Shown here: positions 53,726 through 64,000 of the stretch, piece after piece | How the letters are laid out: every line of letters begins with the position of its first letter | How positions within the stretch are numbered: the stretch's first letter is position 1 | Assembly: GCA_963692865.2 (NCBI GenBank) | Contig: OY843592.1 | Coordinates: forward strand, 1,408,001-1,472,000 | Direction of reading: 5' to 3' | Source: a bacterium | GTDB taxonomy: Bacteria; UBA8248 | DNA: 64,000 bases | Position numbers and translations under genes: made by a program | Notes under the pieces: model-generated | Databases searched by the model: none | Told to the model about the DNA's origin: nothing | Seen by the model: the letters and a program-made list of their open reading frames with translations, nothing else

Positions 53726-54832
53726 CTACTCGTGCACGACGACGCTGCGGGCCACCTCGCCGTTTAAGAGCGCATCGTATGCCTCGTTGATCTGCTCGAT
53801 GGGCCACTCCCTGGTGAGCAGGTCGTCGAGATTGAGTTTCCCGGCCATGTAGAGGTCGATGAGCCGGGGCACGAACAGCCTGGGGTTGGACGAGCCGTAG
53901 AGGGAGCCGATGAGGCGCTTCTCTTCCGTCACCAGGGAGGTGGGCTGTACCGAGACTTGTGATTTCACGTCCGCGATGCCGACGATGACGGCGGTGCCGC
54001 CCGTGCGCAGGCTCTTGAACGCCGTGGACATCACCTCGGGCACGCCGATGAACTCGAAGGCGTAGTGCACGCCCTTGCCGTCGGTGATCGAGCGGATGGC
54101 CTCCACCGCGTCCTCATCCGATGAGTTCACCGTGTGCGTCGCGCCGAATTTCTTCGCCATCTCGAGCTTGTTCTGCATCAGGTCGACCGCGATGATGGGT
54201 TCCGCCCCCACCATGGCCGCGCCCTGAATCCCGTTCAGCCCCACGCCGCCCGCGCCGAATATCGCCACGCTCTCGCCCGGACGCACCTGCGCGCCGTTCA
54301 CCACCGCGCCCACGCCCGTGATGACGGCGCAGCTCACCACCGCCGCTTTTTCGAGCGACATGTCCTCTCGAATCTTGAGCACCGATTTCTCCGACACCAC
54401 CGAGTGGGAGCTGAACGTGGAGACGCCCAGGAAGTGGTGCACCTTCTCGCCGTTGATGGAAAAGCGCGTCGTGCCGTCCGAGAGCGTGCCGTCGGCCCGC
54501 ATGCGGATGCCCTCGCCGCAGATGGCGGGCCGGTTCGAGAGGCAGAGCTCGCATGCGCCGCAGCTGTAGCGCCAGACGGATACCACGTGATCGCCCGGCT
54601 TCACCGACGTCACGCCGGGCCCCACCTCCTCCACGACGCCCGCGCCCTCGTGACCCATGATGATGGGCGTGGGCACCGGGAACAGGCCCGCGATGGCGTG
54701 GTGGTCGCTGTGGCAGACGCCGCCCGCGCGGTAGTGCACGAGCACCTCGCCCTCCTTGGGCGGTTCCACCTCGATGGGTTCGATGGTCATCGGTTTGCCG
54801 ACTTCGTGGAAGATGGCTGCTTTCATGGGCAT
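53726..54832 (-). CDS. Zn-dependent alcohol dehydrogenase (class III-like MDR)
   Basis: GVCHSD; GHEGAG; CGACELC...C structural Zn site; FGAGGVG; GAGGAG RBS. Confidence 0.93.
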   Translation of the reverse strand: MPMKAAIFHEVGKPMTIEPIEVEPPKEGEVLVHYRAGGVCHSDHHAIAGLFPVPTPIIMGHEGAGVVEEVGPGVTSVKPGDHVVSVWRYSCGACELCLSNRPAICGEGIRMRADGTLSDGTTRFSINGEKVHHFLGVSTFSSHSVVSEKSVLKIREDMSLEKAAVVSCAVITGVGAVVNGAQVRPGESVAIFGAGGVGLNGIQGAAMVGAEPIIAVDLMQNKLEMAKKFGATHTVNSSDEDAVEAIRSITDGKGVHYAFEFIGVPEVMSTAFKSLRTGGTAVIVGIADVKSQVSVQPTSLVTEEKRLIGSLYGSSNPRLFVPRLIDLYMAGKLNLDDLLTREWPIEQINEAYDALLNGEVARSVVVHE

Positions 54833-54984
54833 GCTCCTCGGTCGATGGGTATGCGCGGGGGCAAAGAACCCCGGCGATATCTTGTGGTTTTTCGTATTCT
54901 TACCCGAAAACGGGCCGGATTGCACACGGCGCTCCCCATCGGGCGTTGCAAGTCGGGGCGCATCCGTATATGCTCTTGGGAGAT

Positions 54985-55078
54985 AGTTCCTGCTAGGGGT
55001 GTATGCGCTGAGAGCCCGGAGTCGCGGGCAACCCTTGGAACCTGCACTGGGTAATTCCAGCGAAGGGAAGCGGGCCGA
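54985..55078 (+). promoter_or_regulatory. TPP riboswitch aptamer
   Basis: CTAGGGGTG..GCTGAGA..ACCCTTGGAACCTG..CTGGGTAATTCCAGCGAAGGGAA upstream of thiSGE. Confidence 0.95.
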
Positions 55079-55095
55079 AGAATCCGGGTGTTTTT

Positions 55096-55130
55096 GGCCG
55101 CTCCCGAATCGCGGGGCGGCTTTTTTGTTT
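55096..55130 (+). terminator. Riboswitch-controlled intrinsic terminator
   Basis: GCCGCTCC/GGGGCGGC stem plus TTTTTTGTTT. Confidence 0.75.
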
Positions 55131-55154
55131 TGATGTTTCTGGGGAGATGATTTC

Positions 55155-55355
55155 TTGCGTGTCCGGGTGAACGGAGAGGACAGGGAACTGGCAGAGGGCG
55201 TGAGCGTCGCGGCGCTTCTGGACTCCATGTCGCTCGAGGTGAACGGCATCGCCGTGGCGCTCAACATGGAGATCGTCCGCCGGGGCGAATACGGGGATAC
55301 GCAGTTATCCGATGGGGATGAGGTCGAGATCGTCCGCGCCGTGGGCGGGGGCTGA
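55155..55355 (+). CDS. thiS: Sulfur carrier protein ThiS
   Basis: VNGE; AVALN; C-terminal AVGGG. Confidence 0.95.
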   Translation: MRVRVNGEDRELAEGVSVAALLDSMSLEVNGIAVALNMEIVRRGEYGDTQLSDGDEVEIVRAVGGG

Positions 55356-55406
55356 TTATGAATGATAACGGGCGCGGCGTGAGAGCCGGCGCCGGGAGGG
55401 AGTGTG

Positions 55407-56180
55407 ATGAGCACGTATGAGATCGGGGGCAGGACGTTCACTTCCCGCCTTTTGGTGGGTTCGGGCAAATATCCGAGTTTCGCCGTGATGCGCGACGCGC
55501 TCGAAGCGAGCGGGACGGAGATCGTCACCGTCGCCGTGCGCCGCGTGGATCTAGAAGACGATTCCTCGGAGGGCTTCTGGGCGCATTTCGATAAAGATAA
55601 ATACACGATGCTGCCCAATACGGCGGGCTGCTACGACGTGAAGAGCGCGGTGACGACGGCGCGGCTCGCGCGCGAGGCCACCGGGTCCGACTTCGTGAAG
55701 GTCGAGGTCATCGGCGATGAGGACACGCTCTTCCCGGACAACGAGGGCCTGCTGGAGGCGTGCCGGATTCTGCTGGACGACGGCTTCATCGTCCTGCCCT
55801 ACTGCATCGACGATCCGGTGATCTGCAAGAAACTCGAACAACTCGGCTGCCACGCCGTCATGCCGCTGGCGGCGCCCATCGGCTCGGGCCTCGGCATCCG
55901 GAACCCCTACAACCTCAGGATCATCCTGGAGCAGGTATCGGTTCCCGTCATCGTGGACGCGGGCGTGGGCACGGCTTCGGACGCCGCGGTGGCGATGGAG
56001 TTGGGCGCGGCCGCCGTCCTGATGCAGACGGCCATCGCGGGCGCGGACGACCCGGTGAAGATGGCGCGCGCCATGAACCTCGCCGTCGAGTCGGGCAGGC
56101 TCGCGTACGAGGCCGGGCGCATCCCCATGAAGCTCTACGCCACGGCGTCGAGTCCGCTGGCGGGCGTCATCGGCTCTTAG
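55407..56180 (+). CDS. thiG: Thiazole synthase
   Basis: [10 protein letters not shown]; LPNTAGC; KVEV; APIGSGLG; DAGVGTASD. Confidence 0.97.
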   Translation: MSTYEIGGRTFTSRLLVGSGKYPSFAVMRDALEASGTEIVTVAVRRVDLEDDSSEGFWAHFDKDKYTMLPNTAGCYDVKSAVTTARLAREATGSDFVKVEVIGDEDTLFPDNEGLLEACRILLDDGFIVLPYCIDDPVICKKLEQLGCHAVMPLAAPIGSGLGIRNPYNLRIILEQVSVPVIVDAGVGTASDAAVAMELGAAAVLMQTAIAGADDPVKMARAMNLAVESGRLAYEAGRIPMKLYATASSPLAGVIGS

Positions 56181-56199
56181 GGCTGATACCGCGAAGATT

Positions 56200-56826
56200 T
56201 TGGAATCATCCGCGCTGGACCCGCTCTACCTCATCACGGACAGGAACGCCCCCCCGTCGGGCGATCTCCTCGACGCGCTGGAAGCCGCCCTCGCAGGCGG
56301 CGTGCGCTTCGTCCAGTTCCGCGAGAAGGATATGCCATTTGAGGAGCGCCTGCGCCTGGGGCGGGAGGTCGCCTCCCTTGCCTCTGAACACGGCGCGCGC
56401 CTGCTCGTGAACGGCGACCCCGAACTCGCGGACGCCCTGGGCGCGGACGGCGTTCATCTCGGCAAGGGGACGGTGAGCGTCTCGGAGGTGCGCGCGGGAG
56501 GCTATTCCGGCCTCATCGGCTATTCCGCCCATTCGGGAGAAGAAGCCGCTGCTGCGTTCGCAGAGGGAGCGGATTTCGTTACGCTCAGCCCCGTGTTCCC
56601 CACCAACAGCAAATTCTCATCCGGCGCCGTCCTGGGACTCGATAAGTTCGAGAAAGAGCGCGAAGTTGCGGGCGGCCCCGTCTACGCGCTCGGCGGCGTG
56701 GGGGCCGAGAACGCCTCTGCGTGTATCGAAAGAGGCGCGAGCGGCGTCGCGCTCATCGGCGCGGTACTGGCGGCCGACGACCCCGCCCGCGCGGCGCGGG
56801 AGGTGCGCGCGGCGCTGCGCGTTTGA
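56200..56826 (+). CDS. thiE: Thiamine phosphate synthase (ThiE/TenI family)
   Basis: LYLITD; QFREK; DGVHLG; SPVFPT; ALGG. Confidence 0.85.
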   Translation: MESSALDPLYLITDRNAPPSGDLLDALEAALAGGVRFVQFREKDMPFEERLRLGREVASLASEHGARLLVNGDPELADALGADGVHLGKGTVSVSEVRAGGYSGLIGYSAHSGEEAAAAFAEGADFVTLSPVFPTNSKFSSGAVLGLDKFEKEREVAGGPVYALGGVGAENASACIERGASGVALIGAVLAADDPARAAREVRAALRV

Positions 56827-56835
56827 GCGCGCCCG

Positions 56836-57392
56836 CATGTGGTTGTTGAAAAAAACCTTCTCGCTCGGAATTGGCCACTGCCGTCATTCCGGCGCCATTG
56901 CCGTTCCTGTCGCAGGGGCCGCATACGGGGTTGTTGAAAAATCTCCCCCTGGCGGGATAAACGCAACCTCCTCGAAGGAGAAGCCCCATAAAGGCACCCC
57001 CCCCTACCCCCCTTGCAGGGGCAAGAAAGAGCAAAGCCCCTCCACCCGGCGGGGGACATCGCCTTTTTATGTCCCCCTTGAGGGGGGTTGTTGAAAAAGC
57101 CGGAGAGGGAAAGTTTCTTTGTGCGTAGGGGTCGCATACATGCGACCCTCCCCGTTGGGGGCACGCGGGCCGCATAATATGCGTGGGGCGCTCCCAAGGA
57201 GGGAGCGCCACCTACAAAAACCGCCCCCTCCCGGTCGCGTCATATCCTCGTTAATCATCACTTTTTCTACTCCCCCTCAAGGGGGGAGTGGTTTCGGTGT
57301 TCTCCTCGGTGGGAGAGGTTTTTCAATAACCCCATGTATGCGACCCGTGTTTTGAAGGCGAAAAGGCAGGGCCGCATGTATGCGGCCCCTAC
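56836..57392. repeat. Mosaic repeat cluster between thiE and acs
   Basis: Three GTTGTTGAAAA left ends, one TTTTCAATAACCCC right end, CGTC half, GTAG palindromes, CCCCTTGAGGGG and CCCCTCAAGGGG hairpins. Confidence 0.9.
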
Positions 57393-57647
57393 ACGCGGGC
57401 GGTGGCCCCTCACGGATCGGCTCTCACCAAGGAAAGGTCGCGACCTCGGACGGGAGCAAGGGCCCGTCCGCTGCCACCCCCTCCCCGGTTGTTCGCATTC
57501 GCCGAATCACGAAATCGGGGACTTTTCCGGCGGCCCCGCGCGTTTTCCCGCCCCGCGCTACTTGAGAAATCCGCGCGAATATCCAACAATAGCGGAAAAT
57601 CGCATAGCTATGATTTTTTTCACCTGACCGATCCGGGAGGTATTCTC

Positions 57648-59603
<1,956 letters not shown>

Positions 59604-59633
59604 GAGCGACCGAGCAGAGTCAAGGTTTCATTT

Positions 59634-59661
59634 GTAGGGGACGCACATCATGCGTCCCTTA
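59634..59661. repeat. Single GTAG-type REP palindrome
   Basis: GTAGGGGACGCACATCATGCGTCCCTTAC. Confidence 0.75.
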
Positions 59662-59700
59662 CTTGTATCTTCTCACGTTCAGGGAGGAATTTTCGGCAGG

Positions 59701-60855
59701 ATGAGCCTTGAAGAAATCTTAAGAAAAGCGGTCGAGCACATTGACTCTGGCTTGTTGAGAAAAGAGACACAAGTCAGGGATACAGTTATCAATCCCATTC
59801 TCAAAGCGTTGGATTGGGATGTTGGTAATCCTGAAAGGGTCAGAACGGAATATGAAGTTCTAAAAGGTAAAGAAGGCTCGGTAGACTACGCACTACTCAG
59901 AGAAAAGGCGCCTGTGATTTTCATAGAAGCTAAAAAGCTTGGCGGTATAAAAAAAGCCAAGAAGCCTAGGGACGAAGATAGCAGGGAACAACTATTTAAC
60001 TATTATTATGCCGATAGGAGGCCGGAGTTTCTAATTCTGACGGACGGCAAACGCTGGTTTTTTTATCTCGGGAAATTGGAGGAAGAAGAAAAAGTCTTAG
60101 ATAATCTGTTGTTCCACGAAATGGAATTAACGAGTAGGGAAGAGGTTTCCAAGTATGTCTCGTTTTTCAGGAAATACCTTGAGAGGAAGCAAATCGTTTC
60201 TTACCGGAGTGCCTTGAAGGCCGCAGAGAATGTCTACAAAAAGAATCAGGATAGAAAGATAACACGCGACGCGATTCCGAGTGTCTGGCTAAGGATGCTG
60301 GAGACCCCGAACCAGAAACTACGCGATCTGCTGGCGAAAGAGGTAAGAAACGAGCTTAAATCCAAGCTGAAACCAGATGATTTGCGAGAAGAAGTGGAAG
60401 CGTTTTTGAAAGAGTTTGCTTCTGAGGCTGTGCCACCAACATCTCGCTCCCGTTCATCAAAGCCAGTGCCTGCCTCGGCGGAGCCTAAAGCTGGCAAGGG
60501 GTCGAAATTCGTCGGCTTCGTTCTTGATGGGAAGGACTTCGCCACCAAAAACTCCATAGAAACTTTGGCCAAAATACTGAAAGAGTTTTCTGGCCGTGAA
60601 TCTGGATTTATGGAACGCTTTGCGGAGAAAACGAAGGGGAAAGAGAGGCCGTTGGTGTCGAAAGACCGCGATAAACTCTATGCTCGCCCTAATGAAGCTC
60701 ATCCCCAAGCCGAGGATTTGAAGAACGGGTGGTGGTTACAGAAAGGAACAAACGCTAAAATAGAGCAAATCAAGAAACACATCGAAATCGCCTGCGAAGT
60801 TGCAGGCGTGAAATTCGGCTCTCAGTTGGAGCTGATTGAGCCTGATGCCCAGTAA
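59701..60855 (+). CDS. HsdR_N-type PD-(D/E)xK nuclease with a SeqA-like C-terminal domain
   Basis: INPILKALDWD; VDYAL; IEAKK; LTDGKRW; visibly AT-richer codon usage than its flanks. Confidence 0.75.
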   Translation: MSLEEILRKAVEHIDSGLLRKETQVRDTVINPILKALDWDVGNPERVRTEYEVLKGKEGSVDYALLREKAPVIFIEAKKLGGIKKAKKPRDEDSREQLFNYYYADRRPEFLILTDGKRWFFYLGKLEEEEKVLDNLLFHEMELTSREEVSKYVSFFRKYLERKQIVSYRSALKAAENVYKKNQDRKITRDAIPSVWLRMLETPNQKLRDLLAKEVRNELKSKLKPDDLREEVEAFLKEFASEAVPPTSRSRSSKPVPASAEPKAGKGSKFVGFVLDGKDFATKNSIETLAKILKEFSGRESGFMERFAEKTKGKERPLVSKDRDKLYARPNEAHPQAEDLKNGWWLQKGTNAKIEQIKKHIEIACEVAGVKFGSQLELIEPDAQ

Positions 60856-60892
60856 TCTTGAGAATTATCGGCGAGATTAGGAAAGTTTTTTT

Positions 60893-61087
60893 ACTCCCCC
60901 CGAGGGGCGGTTGAAAAAACCCTCCTCGATCTGAATTGTCCACCGCTGTCATTCCGGCGAATGCCGGAATCCAGAACCGATGAGAGAACCGGAGCCCATG
61001 GAATCCGGCCCCTTACGCCGGAGTGCCTCATTCCAGCCTTTCTTCAATACCAGTCCGCTCTGGATTCCGGCATTCGCCGGAATGACG
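60893..61087. repeat. Hairpin half-site + IS-like left end + CGTC REP doublet
   Basis: ACTCCCCCCGA|GGGGCGGTTGAAAAA, then GTCATTCCGGC...GCCGGAATGACG. Confidence 0.85.
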
Positions 61088-61320
61088 GCGGTTTATCTCG
61101 CTTGATGAGGAAAAGCGCAAAGACAGGGCGCTATCTCGGACGGACGCGGGGGCTGTCTTTACGAAGTCATTGCCTAGAACGCCGATAGTTTGTCGATGAG
61201 AAGCGTTGAGAACTGCTGATCCAATCCGGTATGTGCGGATTGCGGGAGGAAGCTCTCAGTGGAAGAACTCGTGAATATCTGTGCCTATGGGGGAGTGGAT
61301 GAGGTTTCTTCCTGCGATGG

Positions 61321-61548
61321 TCAGATAAGTTTGATGAGGGCGGCGGGGAAGGCGACGCCGGCCACGATCAGCCCGCCGAGCCGAATCGTGATCCGTTGTT
61401 CGAGGGCGGCGAGGTCGGCCTTGGTCGCCAAATTCTCGCTTACGGCGCGACGCATTGTCGAAACGATGGCTTCGGCGTGGGCTTCCGTCAGCCCGGCGGC
61501 CTTCAAATCGCGGGCGGCTTCCAGCGTATCGAATTGGATGTCGCTCAT
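61321..61548 (-). CDS. DUF1640/CCDC90-like small coiled-coil membrane protein
   Basis: FDTLEAARDLKAAGLTEAHAEAIV; LATKADL; C-terminal TM. Confidence 0.8.
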   Translation of the reverse strand: MSDIQFDTLEAARDLKAAGLTEAHAEAIVSTMRRAVSENLATKADLAALEQRITIRLGGLIVAGVAFPAALIKLI

Positions 61549-61794
61549 CGGGGTTTTCTCCGTTGGCCCAACAATCACCGTTACCCTACCACAGATTTCC
61601 CTTGCGCGGAACGCATGTAAAACCCCGTGATTGCCGACCCCTCACGGCCGTCCGTCATCACTTCCGTCCGCCGGGAGATGATTCCCTCGGGCGTTCCCGG
61701 CGATTTGGCCGCGCGCGGGGAGGTGGTACCATGGAGCGGCGCGAGGACGTTCAAAGACCCATCTGAATCTCTATTCCGAAAGATGGGGCGAAAG

Positions 61795-62085
61795 ATGACC
61801 GATTACCAGTTCTACATGTTTCTGGCCACTGCCGCCGGTCCCCTCGTGGCGCTCGGCGTCGGCGGCGCGCAATGCCTGCTGATCTTCAGCGGACTCCGGC
61901 AGATGGAGGCGGCCTCGCGCGCGCGGGAGCAGTTGCACGCCGAGACCATGGCGGTTTTGGAATCGCGGCACGCGCAAACCATGGCGGCTCACAGAGAAAC
62001 GATGGCGGCTTTGGAGAAGCGACATGCCGAAAACTTGGCCGCGCTGAAGGAACTCATCCGCCGCACCGGCGGCGGAGTCGAATGA
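61795..62085 (+). CDS. Hypothetical membrane protein with HxxTMA repeats, copy 1 (96 aa)
   Basis: N-terminal TM; HAETMAV/HAQTMAA/HRETMAA/HAENLAA; paralogue at 62994 keeps the frame. Confidence 0.8.
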   Translation: MTDYQFYMFLATAAGPLVALGVGGAQCLLIFSGLRQMEAASRAREQLHAETMAVLESRHAQTMAAHRETMAALEKRHAENLAALKELIRRTGGGVE

Positions 62086-62150
62086 GCGTGGTTCATGGCG
62101 GGTTGAGGTAAGGCGCGGCCCGGCGCGGATAAGACTTCTTCCTGTGATGG

Positions 62151-62285
62151 TCAGTTTGATGAGGGCGGCGAGGAAGGCGGCGCCGGCCGCGACCGACCCG
62201 CCGATCCGAATCGTGATCCGTTGTTCGAGGGCCGCAAGGTCGGCCCTGGTCGCCAGGCTCCCGCCTGCGGCGCGGCGTATCGACG
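62151..62285 (-). pseudogene. 5'-truncated, diverged second copy of the DUF1640-like gene
   Basis: LATRADLAALEQRITIRIGG aligns to 61328-61460; the FDTL N-terminus is absent. Confidence 0.75.
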
Positions 62286-62411
62286 CGCGATGAAATACCC
62301 GCCTGGAAATTTTCCCCTGATGGATATAAGTTGACGGCGTTGCCTCCTGATGAGGCATCCCTGGAAAGAATCCCGACCCGCTTGATAGCGTTCCGCAAAG
62401 GGGGAAACAAG

Positions 62412-62768
62412 ATGAAAACGCGGTGGAGCCTCCTGGTTTTTCTGATCCTTTCCGTCTCGGCGGCCGCCTTCGCGCACGGGTCCGGGCCGGGCGGTTCCCT
62501 CCGCTCCGAGGGAGTCATAGAAAAGCGGCGTCAACCGGAGCAAGGCCGGCTGCTGGCCCAGACGAAAACGAAGCCGTCGATCGAGAAGGTGGAGCAGTCC
62601 GTCAAGAACAAGACGCTGCAATTGCTAGAGGAGTTGAGAGAGATTTGCCCGACGTGCGTCGTCGTCCAGACCGCCGTCCCCCGCGCATGTCCGCCCGGCT
62701 GTCCGGCTTGCCCCGCCGGTTCGGGGTGGGACGCCCGGCTGAAAAAGTGCCGGAAATTCCGCGAATGA
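62412..62768 (+). CDS. Secreted Cys-rich hypothetical protein
   Basis: Signal peptide ending AFA; C-terminal CPTC..CPPGCPACP..WD..C; AGGGGG RBS. Confidence 0.7.
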   Translation: MKTRWSLLVFLILSVSAAAFAHGSGPGGSLRSEGVIEKRRQPEQGRLLAQTKTKPSIEKVEQSVKNKTLQLLEELREICPTCVVVQTAVPRACPPGCPACPAGSGWDARLKKCRKFRE

Positions 62769-62993
62769 ACGAGCGCGGGTGAACCGGCTGGATCGTTGTT
62801 TCCGCCACCGATCCCGGATTCCGGCGTTCGCAGGCCGCGCGTTTTCGGGGGGAGACGGCCTTCCGTCCGCCGGGAGATGATTCCCTCGGGCGTTCCCGGC
62901 GATTTGGCCGCGCGCGGGGAGGTGGTACCATGGAGCGGCGCGAGGACGTTCAAAGACCCATCTGAATCTCTATTCCGAAAGATGGGGCGAAAG

Positions 62994-63305
62994 ATGACCG
63001 ATTACCAGTTCTACATGTTTCTGGCCACTGCCGCCGGTCCCCTCGTGGCGCTCGGCGTCGGCGGCGCGCAGTGCCTGCTGATCTTCGGTGGACTCCGGCA
63101 GATGGAGGCGGCCACGCGCGCGCGGGAGCAGTTGCACGCCGAGACCATGGCGGACATGGAATCGCGGCACGCGCAAACCATGGCGACTCACAGAGAGACC
63201 ATGGCGGCTCACGCGGAGACCATGGCGGCTATCGAAAGGCGACATGCCGAAAACATGGCCGCGCTGAAGGAACTCATCCGCCGCACCGGAAGCGGGATCG
63301 AGTAA
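62994..63305 (+). CDS. Hypothetical membrane protein with HxxTMA repeats, copy 2 (103 aa)
   Basis: Direct duplicate 1199 bp downstream with one extra 21-bp repeat. Confidence 0.8.
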   Translation: MTDYQFYMFLATAAGPLVALGVGGAQCLLIFGGLRQMEAATRAREQLHAETMADMESRHAQTMATHRETMAAHAETMAAIERRHAENMAALKELIRRTGSGIE

Positions 63306-63428
63306 TTGATCCGCAAGGGGGAGTGGTTCCGAATCTGCGTTCCGTCGGTCGTAGGGCCCCATCCCTAGCAGAGGACAACTCCTGCGGTTGTCCTGTATTT
63401 CGGGTTCGAATCGTTCTTTGTCGTGGGT

Positions 63429-63683
63429 TTACTCCAAAGGAGCGATCTTTCCGGGTGGTTCGAGGTTTTGCGCTCGGCGCCAGGCTTCGCGGAGTTCAGC
63501 CTGGTGAATGGAAGCCCATTCGATTACCAGACCGCGCGCGGGAGAAGGCTGCCTTCCAGCACCGAGAGGGTCTCGATGCCCACCAGTATTTCATCTCCGG
63601 CATAGGACGCATGAAAGTGAGGGGGTCCGTTCTCCGAGATACATGCGAATGACGATCCCGTAAAACCGGCAGAGTTCAGGCAT
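63429..63683 (-). pseudogene. DUF4160 family toxin pseudogene (two frameshifts)
   Basis: MPELCRFYGIVIRMY / GPPHFHASY...GSLLPRA / GLVIEWASIHQAELREAW...KIAPLE in successive frames. Confidence 0.85.
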
Positions 63684-63951
63684 CTTGCGCCGGGAACTTC
63701 GCTCCCGGTATGACTTCTTCAATGGATTTGCCGGTGAGTTCCAGGTAGAGGGCGTCCGCGCAAAGCTCGACTTCCTCATCCCAGGTGATGGCCCTGTGGG
63801 GAGCGATGCGGACTTTCTCGAAACAGCCTGGTTTGCCTCAGGCCTCGAATGCGCCGCGGCCGGAGAGGTCGATCTCACCGGCCATGCCGTCGGAATACCG
63901 AATCCATATCCGGTATCCCGGACGCGGCTCCACGCAAACCGGTTGAATCAT
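63676..63951 (-). pseudogene. DUF2442 family antitoxin pseudogene (internal TGA at 63840-63838)
   Basis: MIQPVCVEPRPGYRIWIRYSDG..GEIDLS..FEA*..ITWDEEVELCADALY; overlaps the DUF4160 start. Confidence 0.82.
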
Positions 63952-64000
63952 CGCTTCTCCTCCATACTTGACAGAGACGGCCTGCGCGCTGGATCCCCCA

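Noticed and set aside
54833-55618. Long N-terminal extension of the alcohol dehydrogenase
   Set aside because: It runs antisense through the TPP riboswitch, thiS and thiG; the RBS supports a start at 54832.
43282-57392. CRISPR array among the repeated palindromes
   Set aside because: No run of identical direct repeats with regular unique spacers and no cas genes; the units are inverted doublets and mosaics.
61795-63305. Diversity-generating retroelement template/variable repeat pair
   Set aside because: Differences between the copies include C/T and G/C changes and run in both directions, so they are not adenine specific; no reverse transcriptase is present.
63838-63840. Second selenocysteine codon in the DUF2442 gene
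   Set aside because: The position fits Trp rather than Cys, no clear SECIS follows, and the partner gene is also broken.

Overview
GC-rich bacterial chromosomal window with no phage, CRISPR array or transposase. Bases 1-41 kb are a gene-dense, largely repeat-free housekeeping block: metH 3' end, tRNA-Leu-tig-clpP-clpX, tRNA-Val-thrS-infC-rpmI-rplT-pheST, zapB/zapA-6S RNA-formyl-THF cyclo-ligase-rny-ymdB, split methylmalonyl-CoA mutase, alaS, mlaEDC, cspA and an EF-G paralogue. Three features there are not obvious from the ORF track: a UGSC-family selenoprotein split at an in-frame UGA with a SECIS-like hairpin, a 73-aa orphan gene behind two NrdR-type boxes, and a 49-aa membrane microprotein between rpmI and rplT. 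From about 43 kb onward most long intergenic gaps are mosaics of several palindromic repeat families (GTAG and CGTC REP doublets, CCCCTTGAGGGG hairpin elements). An IS-end-like motif (GGGGTTGTTGAAAAA...TTTTTCAACAGCCCC) is repeatedly joined at the loops of those hairpins, and in one case brackets the amidase-GerMN genes with an apparent TTGA duplication. The right end is accessory: an AT-richer HsdR_N nuclease with a SeqA-like C-terminus, a duplicated His/Met coiled-coil membrane protein, DUF1640-like genes and a decayed DUF2442/DUF4160 toxin-antitoxin pair. All family calls are by motif recognition; no searches were run.
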